From Candidatus Bathyarchaeia archaeon (GTDB lineage Archaea; Thermoproteota; Bathyarchaeia; Bathyarchaeales; Bathycorpusculaceae), in contig JBEKHN010000006.1 in the NCBI GenBank assembly GCA_050012255.1, forward strand, positions 45,454-109,453: a stretch of DNA of 64,000 nt, read 5' to 3'. The stretch's first letter is position 1, and each line of letters starts with the position of its first letter. The translations under genes and the position numbers were made by a program. The notes beneath the pieces were generated by a model. It saw only the letters and a program-made list of their open reading frames with translations. It ran no database searches and was not told where the DNA came from. Below, one piece after another: positions 19,012-30,046 of this stretch.

Positions 19012-19188
19012 GGGCTGCTTTCAGGAAAGAACCCGCGGTATCGAATTTAGAGCTTTCGGTATCATAGCTTTGGGAAGACGCGCTTCTGTGACTTATGATC
19101 GAGCCTTTCGAAACATGTGTGAAAAAAGTTTGTACTGGGATAAGAAAAAAGTTAGAATGGTCGATTCTGCAAGATCGATTAGTTTGGT

Positions 19189-19329
19189 CTAGAATCTTCT
19201 TGTCGAAGTTCTTCGCTTGGACCAGCATTCTCGGCAGTAAACAGGTCTGCTTGGGTCAGGTTTGAAGGGAACTTCGCACTCCTTTCCACAATCAGCACAA
19301 ACTGCCTTATGCATCTCTTTCTCTGCCAT
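19189..19329 (-). CDS. CxxC-x17-CxxC zinc-ribbon microprotein (46 aa, not in the ORF track)
   Basis: MAEKEMHKAVCADCGKECEVPFKPDPSRPVYCRECWSKRRTSTRRF; GGAG SD upstream. Confidence 0.9.
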   Translation of the reverse strand: MAEKEMHKAVCADCGKECEVPFKPDPSRPVYCRECWSKRRTSTRRF

Positions 19330-19594
19330 ATACTATTTCAACTCCTTTGATTGGTTTGTGCAGAAATTGCTTCTTGCACGACGCTATGAAATGGACTAGC
19401 AACTTATAAAACTTGCCGTGAAGAAACAAGGCCCAACGGTGGCTTCTTCCATAATGTTAGACCATGTTTCTCAATGAACGCAGTTCATTGGGAGGCCAGC
19501 TGGAGCAGACTCCTTGTCGTATCTGGCGATCCTTCAGCATCACGTTTTTAAGCAAAGTCTTGCTACCTTAGGGTTCCCTCAAACGGTGAGGCGA

Positions 19595-20692
19595 ATGGTC
19601 GACCAAAGAATTGAAAAGCTCGCAAGACTCTGCGTCAACTACAGCGTTGACGTGAAACCTAATGAACTAGTGCTTATACAAGGAAGCGAACAGGCTTTCC
19701 CGCTGATTAACGAAATCTTCAAGGAATGCCTTCTAAGCGACGCGCAGCCGATGATCCTTGCAAACCTTGATACGCAGTACACATTCTTCAAGTACGCAAA
19801 AGAACATCAACTGAAGTTCGTTTCCCCCATTCAAAAGTTTACGATGGAAAACATAGACGTGCGCATAAGCATATTCTGTGAACCGAGCCCGAAGGGACTG
19901 TCTACCGTGGACCCGTCGAAGATCAGAACCCGCATGGCTTCTGGAAAAGAGCTAACAGAGATCTTCTACAGACGTATTGCGGAGGGCAAACTCAGATGGA
20001 CTGGCTTACCTTACCCGATAAACGCTCAAGCACAAGAAGGCGACATGGCACTAAGCGAGTACGAAGACTTTGTCTACAGCAGCTGTCTAATCGGCAAGGA
20101 AGACCCGATTGCTGAATGGAAGAAAATTCATCAACAGCAGCAGAAAATCTGCGAATTTCTAGACCAAACAAGCAAAATTCGTGTGGTGGGCGAGGACACA
20201 GACTTGACGTTCAACGCAGAGAAAAGGAAATGGATAAACTGCAGCGGAAAAGAGAACATGCCTGACGGTGAAGTGTTTACAGGACCGATCGAAAACTCGG
20301 CCAACGGAACCATAAGATTCACCTTCCCAGGAATATTCTCCAGCAGAGAAATCGAAGACATAAACCTCACATTCAAAGACGGAAGAGTAGTGAAGGCTTC
20401 AGCAGCAAAGGGTGACGATTTTCTTCAACAAACACTGAAGATAGAAGGAGCGGACCGCCTCGGTGAAACCGCGATTGGCACAAACTACGGAATAACTAGA
20501 TTCACCAAAAACATGCTCTTTGACGAAAAAATGGGCGGCACGGTGCACATGGCTCTAGGCAACTCTTACCCAGAATCAGGAGGCAAAAACAGGTCAGCAA
20601 TACACTGGGACATACTGAAAGACATGAAAAAAGACGGAGAGATCTACGCAGATAACAAGCTGTTCTACAAGAACGGCAAGTTCCTAATCTAG
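19595..20692 (+). CDS. Aminopeptidase, M29 family
   Basis: NMPDGEVFTGP, GETAIGTN, LFDEKMGGTVHMALG, SAIHWD. Confidence 0.93.
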   Translation: MVDQRIEKLARLCVNYSVDVKPNELVLIQGSEQAFPLINEIFKECLLSDAQPMILANLDTQYTFFKYAKEHQLKFVSPIQKFTMENIDVRISIFCEPSPKGLSTVDPSKIRTRMASGKELTEIFYRRIAEGKLRWTGLPYPINAQAQEGDMALSEYEDFVYSSCLIGKEDPIAEWKKIHQQQQKICEFLDQTSKIRVVGEDTDLTFNAEKRKWINCSGKENMPDGEVFTGPIENSANGTIRFTFPGIFSSREIEDINLTFKDGRVVKASAAKGDDFLQQTLKIEGADRLGETAIGTNYGITRFTKNMLFDEKMGGTVHMALGNSYPESGGKNRSAIHWDILKDMKKDGEIYADNKLFYKNGKFLI

Positions 20693-20750
20693 CGAAACCC
20701 CCTTATTTTCGATTGACTCGCCATCTTCAGGAATCTGTCAAACTGAAAGA

Positions 20751-22064
20751 GTGATTCTTTGGATGGCAAACAATGAGATTGAAACTCAGAAGCGACGAAC
20801 ATTTAGAAACACTTTCTTCAACCTGAGTGTCTTCGAGTTTCTCACGTTCCTCAGAAGAGGAGTATTCTACACTTTCATGATCTACTACCTTTACAAACTG
20901 ATGGGCACCGTAACGTCGACAGCCGCCCTTGGAACTATGACCATGGTGGCATCTTCGCTTGGCCAAAATCTGCTGTGGGGAAGAATATGCGACAAGTATA
21001 AGATCAGAACAAAGCTGATAGTGATGGGCGAAACAATCGCCGCATTCACCTATTTGATGGTCTTTCTGGTCCACAAATCATTGATTAATGGTGGAAACAA
21101 TTTCGCGGCCGGTTTGGCAATAATCTTCGGCCTGTCAATTCTTGAGTTCTTCTGGTCCATGTCAGACGTTGGGTGGGCGGCCCTCCTCACTGACATCACA
21201 ACTCCTGAAACACGGGGCAGAGTGGTGGGCTCAATGAACTTCATCGCTTCACTGGGAAGGATGGTGGGCATACTCTATTCCGGCTTCTTATACCTCGGAG
21301 GCGAAGGCTTCGAGAACGGAACAATCTTCTACATAGTTATTGTCATGCTTCTCATAGGTGCCGCTCTGATGGCTTTCACGTCAAGACGCATCGGAGCAAA
21401 ACGTGCAATACCACAGCAAGCCGCTACAACGGAAACAGAGACAGAAGAAAACGAGCCGGATATTCAAAGTGAGAAACCGTACCATTGGTTCCTGGCGTCC
21501 CTTGTGATAATAGTCTTTGGGGCAGCCTCAATTAACCAGATATTTCTCCTCTTCCTACAGCTTCCACAAGGCTTGAACTTCACTGACACCCAGGTTACTT
21601 TTGTGACGTCAGCGTGGACCGTGGGCGGAATGATAGCCAGTTTAGGCGCAGGAAGACTTTCAGACAGGTTTGGAAGGAGCAAGGTTTTGCTTCTGGGACT
21701 CAGTCTGGCAACAGTCACGCCGGCGTTCTATCTTTACGCTTCCACTGTGCCTTTGATGGCTTTCATTTACGGATTGAACGGCATTTCGTTCTGGACTATT
21801 CAAACAGTGGGCTTCGTACTCGCAGGAGATCTTATTCCGAAACACAGGAGAGGAAGACTGCTAAGCAGGTACAACACGGTCATAGCACTGAGCTGGGGAC
21901 CAGCTGGAATCCTTATCGGCGGACCCTTAGCGGATCTGCAAGTCCAAAGGTTAGGACTGTCATCTTACGCCTCATACGTGAACGCTTTTTACGCAGCGTC
22001 AATCATAGTGGCCGTTGGCACGGCGTTGTTCGCCATGAAAGTCGCAAGGCTGAAACACGATTAA
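20751..22064 (+). CDS. MFS transporter
   Basis: About 12 TM helices; GRLSDRFGR motif. Confidence 0.9.
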   Translation: MILWMANNEIETQKRRTFRNTFFNLSVFEFLTFLRRGVFYTFMIYYLYKLMGTVTSTAALGTMTMVASSLGQNLLWGRICDKYKIRTKLIVMGETIAAFTYLMVFLVHKSLINGGNNFAAGLAIIFGLSILEFFWSMSDVGWAALLTDITTPETRGRVVGSMNFIASLGRMVGILYSGFLYLGGEGFENGTIFYIVIVMLLIGAALMAFTSRRIGAKRAIPQQAATTETETEENEPDIQSEKPYHWFLASLVIIVFGAASINQIFLLFLQLPQGLNFTDTQVTFVTSAWTVGGMIASLGAGRLSDRFGRSKVLLLGLSLATVTPAFYLYASTVPLMAFIYGLNGISFWTIQTVGFVLAGDLIPKHRRGRLLSRYNTVIALSWGPAGILIGGPLADLQVQRLGLSSYASYVNAFYAASIIVAVGTALFAMKVARLKHD

Positions 22065-22111
22065 CGAAGTTTTAAATTCAGGCGTCCTAGAATCAGCTGA
22101 GGGACACTATA

Positions 22112-22597
22112 CTGGAACTCAAGACTGTCAAGGTTGAAGTGCCAGAAGGTTGCAACGTGATTTTGGGCATGGCACACTTCATCAAAACTGTTGAAGACCT
22201 TTATGAGGCCCTCGTAAACGCCGTTCCAAACGCAAAGTTCGGGATAGGCTTCTGCGAAAGCTCAGGACCCTGCTTGGTTAGACATGAGGGAAATGATGAA
22301 GATTTGAGACAGCAGGCGGCGAAAAAAGCTCTGGAAATCGGCTGCGGCCACAGCTTCATAATCTTCTTGAAAAACGCGTACCCCATAAACGTGTTGGATA
22401 AGATTAAGACTGTGCCAGAAGTATGCGCAATCTACGCGGCCACGGCTAATTCTCTGGAGGTTATTATAGCAGAGACTGAGCAGGGTCGAGGAATAATCGG
22501 CGTAGTAGACGGCTTCTCGAGCAAGGGCATCGAAGCCGAGAAAGACATCAAGGCACGAAAGGATTTTCTGAGGAAGATAGGTTACAAACTCGGCTGA
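22112..22597 (+). CDS. Adenosine-specific kinase family protein (DUF355-like)
   Basis: [33 protein letters not shown]. The likely start is CTG 22112 (ELKTVKVE) rather than GTG 22139. Confidence 0.85.
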   Translation: MELKTVKVEVPEGCNVILGMAHFIKTVEDLYEALVNAVPNAKFGIGFCESSGPCLVRHEGNDEDLRQQAAKKALEIGCGHSFIIFLKNAYPINVLDKIKTVPEVCAIYAATANSLEVIIAETEQGRGIIGVVDGFSSKGIEAEKDIKARKDFLRKIGYKLG

Positions 22598-22683
22598 GAA
22601 GTTGTTCAAAAAATAGGCGCCGCAGGGTGAACGTGCCTGCGGATAGCGATGCTGTTCGGGTGATAAAGAATGGAGGCTATGTT

Positions 22684-22908
22684 CTATCTGTTCATAGCTA
22701 TTTCTTCTCGCAGTTCAAAGGGCATCTTCTCGTTCATTCTTTGAGCTGCATAGGTTGCTAATCTCTTAAACTGGCGTTCTGTCAGAACATGTCGTGCTCT
22801 GGATAGAATTTCAAGGCAGATTTCTTTAAAAACTAAGTCGGCGCATCCCATTTTGGCGTCGTCGATCAATTCTTTGCAAGCTTGAAAGATTTGTTCGTTC
22901 AAAGGCAC
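22684..22908 (-). CDS. Small helical hypothetical protein
   Basis: GGTGA SD before GTG 22908; amphipathic helical sequence. Confidence 0.6.
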   Translation of the reverse strand: MPLNEQIFQACKELIDDAKMGCADLVFKEICLEILSRARHVLTERQFKRLATYAAQRMNEKMPFELREEIAMNR

Positions 22909-23137
22909 TTCACCCTGCAAGCAACACTTGCAACTTGTGGAATTAAACACTTATGAAAACAAAAATCTAATTGGAAATCCATCTCCAGCCTACCGAAACA
23001 ATGTTTAGAGCTTGCCCGGAGGCACGCTCCACCTCCATTTAGGGTCGTCAGACACCTTGACCGCTTCTCCGCTCACCACGCGCGTTAACCTTTTAAACAT
23101 AAGCGTTGAATATGGTACTCGAAAAGAGGATGAAACC

Positions 23138-23677
23138 GTGGCTAATGAGGTTCTGGACGCCATCAGGAACAGGCGCAGCGTCTTAAGGTTTGAAAGCGCC
23201 CAAGTTGAAGAAGATAAGGTTGAAGCCATTCTCGAAGCCGGACGGTGGGCACCCTCTTGGATCAACAAGCAACCTTGGAGTTTTATAGTCGTCATAGACC
23301 AAGAAACCAAGGACGAACTCAGCGAGGTCGTTCCAACCACCTTCGTGCAGGGGCTGAAGGAAGCTCCAGTCTGCATCGCGGTCACCGTTGACGCTGACGA
23401 AGACCCGTATCACCACGTGGAAGACGGGGCAGCGGCCACACAGAACATGGCACTGGCCGCGCACAGCCTAGGACTAAACACCTCATGGATCGGAGTCTAC
23501 GACCTGACGAACCAGAAGAACTCAGCCGAATCCAAAGTCAAGGATATTCTCGAGCTTCCGAAAAAACATCGAGTGATCGCGCTCTTGCCACTTGGCCACG
23601 TTAAATACGAGGTTCCAAAGAAGGACAGAAAGACGCTTCGCCAGATAGTGTACCGAGAAAAATTCGGAAAGCGTTAG
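23138..23677 (+). CDS. Nitroreductase family protein
   Basis: RRSV, APSWINKQPW, QNMALAAHSLGL. Confidence 0.92.
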   Translation: MANEVLDAIRNRRSVLRFESAQVEEDKVEAILEAGRWAPSWINKQPWSFIVVIDQETKDELSEVVPTTFVQGLKEAPVCIAVTVDADEDPYHHVEDGAAATQNMALAAHSLGLNTSWIGVYDLTNQKNSAESKVKDILELPKKHRVIALLPLGHVKYEVPKKDRKTLRQIVYREKFGKR

Positions 23678-23789
23678 AGTACAGAACCCGTCACATCGTC
23701 TCAGGTTTTTGATTTTGACTTGATCCTGTTTGGATGGCAATCGCTATATAATGCTGCTTGCCTAACCCCTGTGGAGCGGCGACCGTTAC

Positions 23790-24332
23790 ATGGGTCACGT
23801 TGCTGTTTGGAAAGCTCTGGAACAGATGGTCACAGACTTTCGCAAGAAAGGATTAAGAGTTCCAGCAGAAATCATGAGCGACCTTAAAAATGCGAAGACC
23901 CTGATTAAAATCTTGAAGGCTGAACCGAGCCGCGTAGAAAACATTCAGAAAATTGAGAAATGCTTGGAAAACGTCGAATCCTACCTCATTTCTGAAGGCC
24001 AAAAAGAGTTCGGGGTCGAATACGCTGACCGATGGCTTGAGCAGTTGGACAAGGCCAGCAGAGAAATCCTTGATGAGGAGGACAAAGAAACGAGGTTTAT
24101 CCCTGGACTCCCAAGGCACCGAAAGTGGATTCGCGTCACATCCTCAGCAGACTTACCCCTTGAAAAACTGACGACAATTGCGGATCAGATGAGCCTCTCT
24201 TACAACGTTCACAAGAACGGCTCTCTGCTCGTCTACGGCGAAGACCAGAGCATAAAAGATTTTGTCAAGAAGATGGCTTCGAAATACGAGTCAAAGGCTG
24301 AGAAATATCGCAAAAAAGTACATAACCGTTAA
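23790..24332 (+). CDS. DUF2096-like archaeal protein
   Basis: W..LEQMVTDF..., PGLPR..KWIRV pattern. Confidence 0.7.
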   Translation: MGHVAVWKALEQMVTDFRKKGLRVPAEIMSDLKNAKTLIKILKAEPSRVENIQKIEKCLENVESYLISEGQKEFGVEYADRWLEQLDKASREILDEEDKETRFIPGLPRHRKWIRVTSSADLPLEKLTTIADQMSLSYNVHKNGSLLVYGEDQSIKDFVKKMASKYESKAEKYRKKVHNR

Positions 24333-24427
24333 AGCTTCATGGCACAGTAAATGCTTTTATAAAAAGTGCCACAGACTGTCTGCAAAAGAAAAATGCGGAC
24401 GTTTCGAAGCGTGAGGGCGCAGACTCA

Positions 24428-27400
24428 ATGCCCTACATCAAGAAAATGGAACTCAGGGGTTTCAAATCATTCGGACCGCAGGACGTTAAAATAGTCCTAG
24501 ACAAGGGTTTCACGGCGATAACAGGCCCAAACGGAAGCGGAAAAACAAACGTCCTCGATGCTTTTCTATTCTCACTCGGCGAACTGAGCACAAGAAGACT
24601 CCGTGCAGAAACCGCCGCGAAACTGATCTTCCACGGGTCAGAAAAGGCCGGGTTAGAAAGGGCCAAAATGGCCAAGGTAGTGATCCAGTTCGACAACTCA
24701 GACGGGCGCATGCCCGTCGACACAACAACAGTTACGATTTCTAGGGAAGTCTACAGGAACGGACTAAGCGTGTACAGGCTTAACGGCAGAAGAATCTCCA
24801 GAACCCACATCATGGAAATCCTTTCCATGGCCGGAATAAGCTCCGCAAGCCAAAACATAATCCTGCAGGGCACTATTACTCGACTGACGGACATCTCCCC
24901 TATGGAACGTAGAAGAATCATCGAAGACCTGATTGGAATAGGCCAGTACGACACCGAAAAAGCCGAAGCAGAAGAAAAGCTGCGAGCAGCAGACATCTCC
25001 ATACGCACCGCCATGGGCAGAATTGACGAAGTGCAGAAGAGGCTTGACGACCTAGAAAGAGAACGCAACGAACTGCTCAAAGTCAGCTTCATCCAGGCCG
25101 AACTGAGACAGTTTGAAGCGGTCAAGATCTCACACGATATGACTCAGATACAGAAGAAGGTAGAGGAAAATTCGTCGCAAGCAGACAAGGTTAAGACCAG
25201 AGTTGAAAAACTCAGAGAACTGCGTGACGGTCACAGGTCGAAAAGAAGAGAAGTTGAGGGTGAATGGCGAAGACTAAGCTCCGAAATGGTCGAGGAAGGC
25301 GGCTCTCAGGTAGTCAAGGTGCAGATAACAATCGGAGAGCTGAAATCAAAACTGACGGAGTTGGCGACCAGAATAAGCTCCGGGAAAACAACCCTGGAAG
25401 GACTCACGAGAATCAGGGAAAACAACCTCCAACAACACCAGACAATTCAAAAGGAAATTCACGAAAACCGGTTAAAGACAAGGCACTTCAGAAGCGAACA
25501 TGAAAGAATTCTTGGCCAGATAAACGAGAAACAAGCAGAACATGATACTCTAGCAAAAGAAGCCGCCCAGCTTTGGGAAAACCTTGGAAAAAACAGCAAG
25601 AAAATACGGGAGATCGAGCTTAAAATCGAGGGAGACAACAAGAGACTCGTATCCTTGAGGTCGGAATACGTAAAGAATCAGACAGCCATCAAGGTGCGGA
25701 CGAGAAGACAGAAGGACTTGAACGACCGCAAGCAACGGTTTGCAGCAACACTCACCGAGCTTGAAAAGTCTTTCTCCGAGCTTGAAAAAGTTCAGAAAGA
25801 ACAAAAAATTCAGCTGAAAAACCTGGAACGGAACCTTGAAAGAAGAAGCGCTCAAAAAGAAGCTGTTGAGAGAGAAATAGTTGAAGCAGGCAAGATAGCT
25901 GATTCAGCACGTGAAGCGGTCGTCGAGTTTGCAACCCAGAGAGAACTTGCAGAAACCGTGGCCTCAGAGGAGAAAGCCCTCAGAAGCATAGAAGAGCTGG
26001 GCGAACTGGGCGTCATCAAGGGCGTGTACGGAAGACTTCGCAACCTAGCGAAAATCGACAAGACCTACCAAAGAGCAATGGAAGCTGCATCAGTAGGATG
26101 GCTTGACGCCGTCGTCGTAAAAGACTTCGACTCGGCTTTCACGTGTACAGAAACGTTGAGAAGGATGAAACTTGGGAGAATAAAGATCATTCCCCTCGAA
26201 GGAACCACCGCGGCCAAGCCGTTCAAGATTCCCGAAAAGGAAGGCGTTCGCGGCGCTGCTGAGGCTTTCATAAAGTCTGAAAAGAGTTGTGGACCTGCGG
26301 TCCGCTTCGTTTTCGGAGACACACTCGTTGTAGCGGACGACAAGACCGCTTTCACGTTGGCCAGCCAGGGCTATCGCAGTGTAACAGTTGAGGGAGACCT
26401 CTACGAGGTTGGCGGTGCATTTGAAAGCGGTTACTACCGTGCTCCCATAGACTTTTCCACCATAATCCCAAGTGAAACAGCCATCAAGAGCCTAGACGAG
26501 GCTGTCAACGCTCTTCAGCAGCATCTTTCAAGGAGAAACGATGACATAACCAGCTATGAAGACGAAATCGACCGAACTCGCGTTGAAATCGCCCGCTTGT
26601 CCGAAGCCATAACAACGTTAGACAGGGAAATCGTCAGGGTGAAAAGAAGCGTCAGGAGAACAAGGTCCAACGTTAGACGCGTTGATCACTACATCGTTCG
26701 AATCAACAAAGAAATCGAGAATGAGAAAGCCCAGATGTGGGTGCACAGCGCTGAGAGGAGCTCGATCCTGAAGGAGATGCGAAGACTCCAGAACGAGTTG
26801 GCAGTTCTGAGAAAAAGGACAGACCCTGGGCACATTCAGGAAATGGAAGTCAATAGGGAGAAACTGTCAGAAGAGATAATCACTCTGAGGCAGAAGCTGG
26901 GAACAAGCCAGACGGAAATCTCAACGCTGCAGTCGCAGTTCGACAACGTTCTGAGGGTTGGGTACCAGAACTCAAAGATTCAGACCTCAAAGGTTGAGCA
27001 GCAATTGCGGAAGGTAGAGAAAGATGTGGAGGATGCATTGCAGCAGAGGGAAGGACTGAAGCAGGAACTTTCGCAACTGGAGAAGAACCGAGTTGAACTT
27101 TCAAAGACAGTTTTCTCAGCAAGGGAGGAGGCAAAGAAATTCACGAGCCAGATTGACGACATAGACAAAGAACTTCGCAAGGTTGACGCTGAGTATGAAC
27201 AAGTCGACCGTCTGCAAAACCAGCTCCAGCTGAACGTCCAAACGTCTCTTCTGCAGCTTGAACAGTACCAAAACCAGCTGAGACTTTCCGGTTATAAACA
27301 ACCACTGACTGTGACTCCGAAACAGGTTGAGGAAGCTGAAACCTCCATGAAGATGATGCAGTTTGAACTTGAAAGAATAGGCGCAGTCAACCAGCTTGCG

Positions 27401-27979
27401 TTGTCGCATTACGCCGACCAGATTTCACGTTACAAGGAACTTTCGATCAGGTTGAACGAGCTTGAAAAAGAAAAGCAGGCAATAGTACAGTTCATGGACG
27501 AGATCGACCGGAAGAAACGCAAAATCTTCATGGAAGCCTTCGAAAAAATCAACCAAAACCAGAACGTATACTTCTCGAAGCTCACAGGAGGCGGCACCTC
27601 CACGATGACGCTTGAAAACGTCGAAGACCCCTTTGCAGGAGGCATAGACATGCTCGTCCAATTTCCCAACAAACCCTCAATAGTCGTGAGCGCTGCCAGC
27701 GGAGGCGAACGCTCAGTAGCAGCCGTCGCGTTCCTGTTTGCCCTTAGGGAGTTCACACCCGCATCATTCTACATCCTTGACGAGATCGACGCTCACCTAG
27801 ACGCTTTCCACGTTTCAAAACTGGCTGAGCTCCTGCGAGAAGAATCGGACAGAACACAGTTTATAGTTATCACCCTAAAACCCGAAATGGTGAACAAAGC
27901 TCAGAAAGTCTACGGGGCCTACATGAGCAACGGAGTGTCAAACGTCATTTCCCTCAAACTGCTGGAGGTCCCAAGCTAG
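24428..27979 (+). CDS. smc: Chromosome segregation protein SMC
   Basis: GFKSF, GPNGSGKTN, coiled coils, hinge, SGGE signature, LDEIDAHLD. Confidence 0.97.
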   Translation: MPYIKKMELRGFKSFGPQDVKIVLDKGFTAITGPNGSGKTNVLDAFLFSLGELSTRRLRAETAAKLIFHGSEKAGLERAKMAKVVIQFDNSDGRMPVDTTTVTISREVYRNGLSVYRLNGRRISRTHIMEILSMAGISSASQNIILQGTITRLTDISPMERRRIIEDLIGIGQYDTEKAEAEEKLRAADISIRTAMGRIDEVQKRLDDLERERNELLKVSFIQAELRQFEAVKISHDMTQIQKKVEENSSQADKVKTRVEKLRELRDGHRSKRREVEGEWRRLSSEMVEEGGSQVVKVQITIGELKSKLTELATRISSGKTTLEGLTRIRENNLQQHQTIQKEIHENRLKTRHFRSEHERILGQINEKQAEHDTLAKEAAQLWENLGKNSKKIREIELKIEGDNKRLVSLRSEYVKNQTAIKVRTRRQKDLNDRKQRFAATLTELEKSFSELEKVQKEQKIQLKNLERNLERRSAQKEAVEREIVEAGKIADSAREAVVEFATQRELAETVASEEKALRSIEELGELGVIKGVYGRLRNLAKIDKTYQRAMEAASVGWLDAVVVKDFDSAFTCTETLRRMKLGRIKIIPLEGTTAAKPFKIPEKEGVRGAAEAFIKSEKSCGPAVRFVFGDTLVVADDKTAFTLASQGYRSVTVEGDLYEVGGAFESGYYRAPIDFSTIIPSETAIKSLDEAVNALQQHLSRRNDDITSYEDEIDRTRVEIARLSEAITTLDREIVRVKRSVRRTRSNVRRVDHYIVRINKEIENEKAQMWVHSAERSSILKEMRRLQNELAVLRKRTDPGHIQEMEVNREKLSEEIITLRQKLGTSQTEISTLQSQFDNVLRVGYQNSKIQTSKVEQQLRKVEKDVEDALQQREGLKQELSQLEKNRVELSKTVFSAREEAKKFTSQIDDIDKELRKVDAEYEQVDRLQNQLQLNVQTSLLQLEQYQNQLRLSGYKQPLTVTPKQVEEAETSMKMMQFELERIGAVNQLALSHYADQISRYKELSIRLNELEKEKQAIVQFMDEIDRKKRKIFMEAFEKINQNQNVYFSKLTGGGTSTMTLENVEDPFAGGIDMLVQFPNKPSIVVSAASGGERSVAAVAFLFALREFTPASFYILDEIDAHLDAFHVSKLAELLREESDRTQFIVITLKPEMVNKAQKVYGAYMSNGVSNVISLKLLEVPS

Positions 27980-28680
27980 TGTCGGCCACGGCAACAAAGA
28001 AACCGTTCTACCTGTTTCCTCCATGGAACATCCTCTTCGAGTTCCACAGACTGGAAAAGCTTGCACCATGGAACATCAGCATCGCATACTTACTAACATC
28101 GTTTCTTGAAAACATGGAGAAGACGGGCCAAGTAGATTTCAGGGCATCAGGAGTGGCCCTTGACTCTTCAGCCCTCATATACCTAATGAAGTCAAGGCTT
28201 CTGCTGAAGCTTGAAGAACCTTCACCGCCGCCGAAGCCGCCAATGGACTATTTGCCTCCGCCCTTGTTCCTGCCACTCAGACACGAATTGACGTCTACGA
28301 CCATTGGAAACCTTCTGGAAGTACTGGACGACATCCTGAAACTGGAGAAGCTGGTTCGCCCAGAGAAGCTTGTCCAACAGCCTGTCTTGCCAACGCCCTC
28401 GGAAATACTTCCTCAACTGGACATGTACCTGATGGAAATTGAGCTTCAGATGGAAAAACTCCACGCCTCCCTTTCGGAACGGGTGAAAGGCGCGGGAATA
28501 ATAGAGTTCTCAACCTTGATTAAGGGAGTCGGACGGTTTGAGGCGATCCGCACGTTCATTCTTTTACTGTTCTTGGCGCAGGATGGAAAAATCAGCCTGT
28601 GGCAGAACGAAGAGACAGAGGAGATTTACATAGCTGTTGGTGACTTGAAACTTGCAGGAAGTAGAGAAACAGGCACCTAG
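27979..28680 (+). CDS. scpA: Kleisin ScpA
   Basis: PWNISI, YLMKSRLLL, FILLLFLAQDG.I.LWQ; follows smc. Confidence 0.85.
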   Translation: MSATATKKPFYLFPPWNILFEFHRLEKLAPWNISIAYLLTSFLENMEKTGQVDFRASGVALDSSALIYLMKSRLLLKLEEPSPPPKPPMDYLPPPLFLPLRHELTSTTIGNLLEVLDDILKLEKLVRPEKLVQQPVLPTPSEILPQLDMYLMEIELQMEKLHASLSERVKGAGIIEFSTLIKGVGRFEAIRTFILLLFLAQDGKISLWQNEETEEIYIAVGDLKLAGSRETGT

Positions 28681-29254
28681 CCTAGGCGAAGAGGAAAGTG
28701 AGAAGCCGACTCCGGCAAGGACACATGATGACTTGTCGATGGTGGAGGCAGCCTTGTACGTTGCTGGACGCCCCCTAGACCTAAACGAGTTGTGCTCGGT
28801 CTTGAAGACCCGGTCAAAGAATAGGGCCAGAAGAACCACGAAGACCCTCATGCAGCAGTACGCATGCAGAAACACTGCTCTCGAAATTCTGGAACTAAAG
28901 GACGAAAGGTATGTTCTGCAGATTAAGGCCGACTTCACACCGCATGTCAAGAAGTTTGTCAACAGACCGTTGCTTTCTCTCGGTCCGTTAAAGACCCTTT
29001 CGTACATAGCCTACAGACAGCCAGTTTCTCAGAAAAGAGTGATCGAAGTGCGAGGTCGTCACGCCTACACTCACGTAAGAACCTTAAAGGAAATGAGGCT
29101 GATTGGAAGTGAAAGAAGTGGAAGGTCATCGGTTCTCAGGACCACAGAGTATTTCGCGGACTACTTCGGTCTCAGTCCAGACACAGCATCGATGAAAAAA
29201 GAGCTCAAACATGTTTTCGAAGAATTCCCAAAGGCAGACAAACGCTCAGACTGA
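28652..29254 (+). CDS. scpB: SMC-Scp complex subunit ScpB
   Basis: VEAALY, TLSYIAYRQPV, RG, TTEYFADYFGL. Confidence 0.93.
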   Translation: MQEVEKQAPSLGEEESEKPTPARTHDDLSMVEAALYVAGRPLDLNELCSVLKTRSKNRARRTTKTLMQQYACRNTALEILELKDERYVLQIKADFTPHVKKFVNRPLLSLGPLKTLSYIAYRQPVSQKRVIEVRGRHAYTHVRTLKEMRLIGSERSGRSSVLRTTEYFADYFGLSPDTASMKKELKHVFEEFPKADKRSD

Positions 29255-29328
29255 AAACGGATACGCTTATATTCGAAAGAGCCATGATAGTCCACACTCA
29301 AAATTCGGCAACACCGGAGAAATGAAGA

Positions 29329-29724
29329 ATGTCAGTTTGGCATGGCAAAATGCGCAAGAAAAAACCATCAGGAGGCAGAAGACACGTCTACAGAAAGAAG
29401 AGAAAGTTTGAGCAGGGCACGTTTCCAGCTGAGACCATGATGGGAGAGCAGAAGAAAAAAGTTGTTAGAGGAAGGGGTGGAAACCTGAAAATCAAGGTTC
29501 TGAGTGAAAAACAGGTCTGCGTCACCGACCCGAAGACTGGAAAAACGGAGAAAACAGAGGTTGTACGAGTTGTCAAGAACCCTGCGAACATCGATTACAA
29601 CCGCAGAGGCGTGATCACTAAGGGAGCCGTCGTACAGACTCCTTTAGGCCAAGCAAGGATAACATCCCGCCCTGGACAACACGGAATACTGAATGCTGTC
29701 CTCATAAGTGCGGAGAAAAGCTAA
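29329..29724 (+). CDS. rps8e: 30S ribosomal protein S8e
   Basis: RGRGGN.K, NPAN..Y.RRGVITKG, TSRPGQHG. Confidence 0.97.
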   Translation: MSVWHGKMRKKKPSGGRRHVYRKKRKFEQGTFPAETMMGEQKKKVVRGRGGNLKIKVLSEKQVCVTDPKTGKTEKTEVVRVVKNPANIDYNRRGVITKGAVVQTPLGQARITSRPGQHGILNAVLISAEKS

Positions 29725-29728
29725 CTTC

Positions 29729-30028
29729 TCATTCCACTTTAGCAACAGAGCGCATGTTTGAAAGTTTTTTTGCAATCATCGTGATCGTTTGGTTCTTAGA
29801 GCCTTTCTTCTCGACCAGAACCATACCGGTTTTCAACCAAGATGCTTTGGGGTAGCCAGCGTCTGGAAAAAGTTCGCAGGCCAAACTCAGTTTTTCCGCC
29901 GCCTCTTTCACCTCTGCAATTTTCGGAGAAGCAACAGCGATGCTTTTTGGCACTCGCCTTCCATCCTCTCTGCTTCTGGTTAGGTCAAAGTAGGCTGGCC
30001 AGATGATCACTTTATCTTGTTTTCGCAA
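29729..30028 (-). CDS. srp19: Signal recognition particle 19 kDa protein
   Basis: IIWPAYFD..SREDGRRVPK. Confidence 0.95.
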   Translation of the reverse strand: MRKQDKVIIWPAYFDLTRSREDGRRVPKSIAVASPKIAEVKEAAEKLSLACELFPDAGYPKASWLKTGMVLVEKKGSKNQTITMIAKKLSNMRSVAKVE

Positions 30029-30046
30029 GTTCTTTTTCTCCTAAGC

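Noticed and set aside
24428-29254. smc-scpA-scpB as a Wadjet system together with the TOPRIM gene
   Set aside because: This is the canonical housekeeping condensin next to rps8e, about 26 kb from the TOPRIM gene.
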